A stretch of 64,000 nt of DNA. Source: Curvularia clavata (taxonomy: Eukaryota). Position 1 is the stretch's first letter. Each line of letters starts with the position of its first letter. Under the pieces are notes generated by a model that saw only the letters and a list, made by a program, of their open reading frames with translations, did not search any database and was not told where the DNA came from. Positions 63,242 to 64,000 of the stretch are shown here, piece by piece. The DNA is taken from assembly GCA_023920165.1 (NCBI GenBank), contig CP089278.1, positions 2,728,001 to 2,792,000 on the forward strand. Reading direction: 5' to 3'. A program made the translations under genes and the position numbers.

Positions 63242-64000
63242 GGTTGAGAAGGAGGGGAGATAGGATACACAAGAGAGACACAATACTTCTTACATACTCA
63301 ACTGCTCACAGGTATTGTGTTTTTGGAATCTGTAGAACCCTACACGCCCACTCGCCTTTTTTAACTCTAGAGTCTTATCTCAGGATTTTTATTTTCTAGT
63401 TAGAAGGATTCTGGAATCTCGTAATCTCTGCTTTGTTAATTTGAAATTCGCATCATTGAAACCGTCCAGCTTTGCCATTCATTTAGAAATTTTATACACG
63501 TAGGACTTGCAACATAGAAGTGACAACAGACTTATTTTTTTGGAATAAGATAGATTACGTAATTGATACTATCTTGGTAGTAGTTTACATACCCTTCTAC
63601 ATGTAGATCTGATGATCTGGGTTGAATTTCCCAGAAATGTATAATAAATAGGATGTGTGGAAAGGGTATGGGTAACCAAGTGTATTCGGAGTAACTTAGG
63701 TTAAACACAATTGTGAGGCTATATGCAGTACGGGATCACTGAGCCACTTGTGATTCAGTAACCGTCTATACTGACAGTGGCCACTGGAGCCCTGGGACCT
63801 CCACAAGCATCAGTTCGGACCATGTCCAGTTCGAAAGCCAGTCCGTCCAGTCCAGTCCAAGCAGATGACTGTTCGTTAGTGCCAAAGGGAAAAGTGGCGC
63901 AGATGAGCGAAGTGCCAGAACCAGCGGCGCGGATGCATTAAGTTACTTATGATAATACATATCCGAGATCCTCCTATTTGCGAAGGCCTAACATATTAAA

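Noticed and set aside
63725..63860. Imperfect hairpin and GTCCA repeats near the window end as a MITE terminus
   Set aside because: Short and imperfect, with no paired TIR or target-site duplication visible in the window.
1..64000. Secondary-metabolite cluster, transposase/RT, CRISPR array or premature-stop (A-to-I editing) genes
   Set aside because: No PKS/NRPS/terpene backbone, TE motifs or regularly spaced repeats seen; all 17 gene models splice into uninterrupted frames.

Overview
Intron-containing DNA from a filamentous ascomycete; gene content and GT..CTRAC..YAG introns suggest a Dothideomycete/Pleosporales fungus (inference). I reconstructed 17 apparently intact protein-coding genes by joining ORF fragments across introns: Dal5-like MFS permease, Ssh4, importin beta-2/Kap104, a Upc2/Ecm22-type Zn2Cys6 factor, UCH37, a coiled-coil/TM hypothetical, Lhs1, sideroflexin, a second hypothetical, a class I/II aminotransferase, a GH55 glucanase, Rcm1/NSUN5, an SRA-domain protein, an amino-acid permease, a D-2-hydroxyacid dehydrogenase, Spt20 and a GMC oxidoreductase. 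No intact transposon, CRISPR array, rRNA or canonical tRNA was seen, so this is mostly core genome. The best leads are a degenerate SRA-domain gene immediately behind an m5C RNA methyltransferase, an unexplained ~450-codon ORF over the GH55 promoter, and ~14 kb of gene-free DNA around the Zn2Cys6 gene. That gene-free DNA holds a candidate spliced divergent lncRNA and a tRNA-like A/B-box element. Other leads are a GC-AG intron, a GMC with a Met at the second active-site position and a 'half-RING' motif. None is established as a new system, and family calls come from motif recognition, not database searches.
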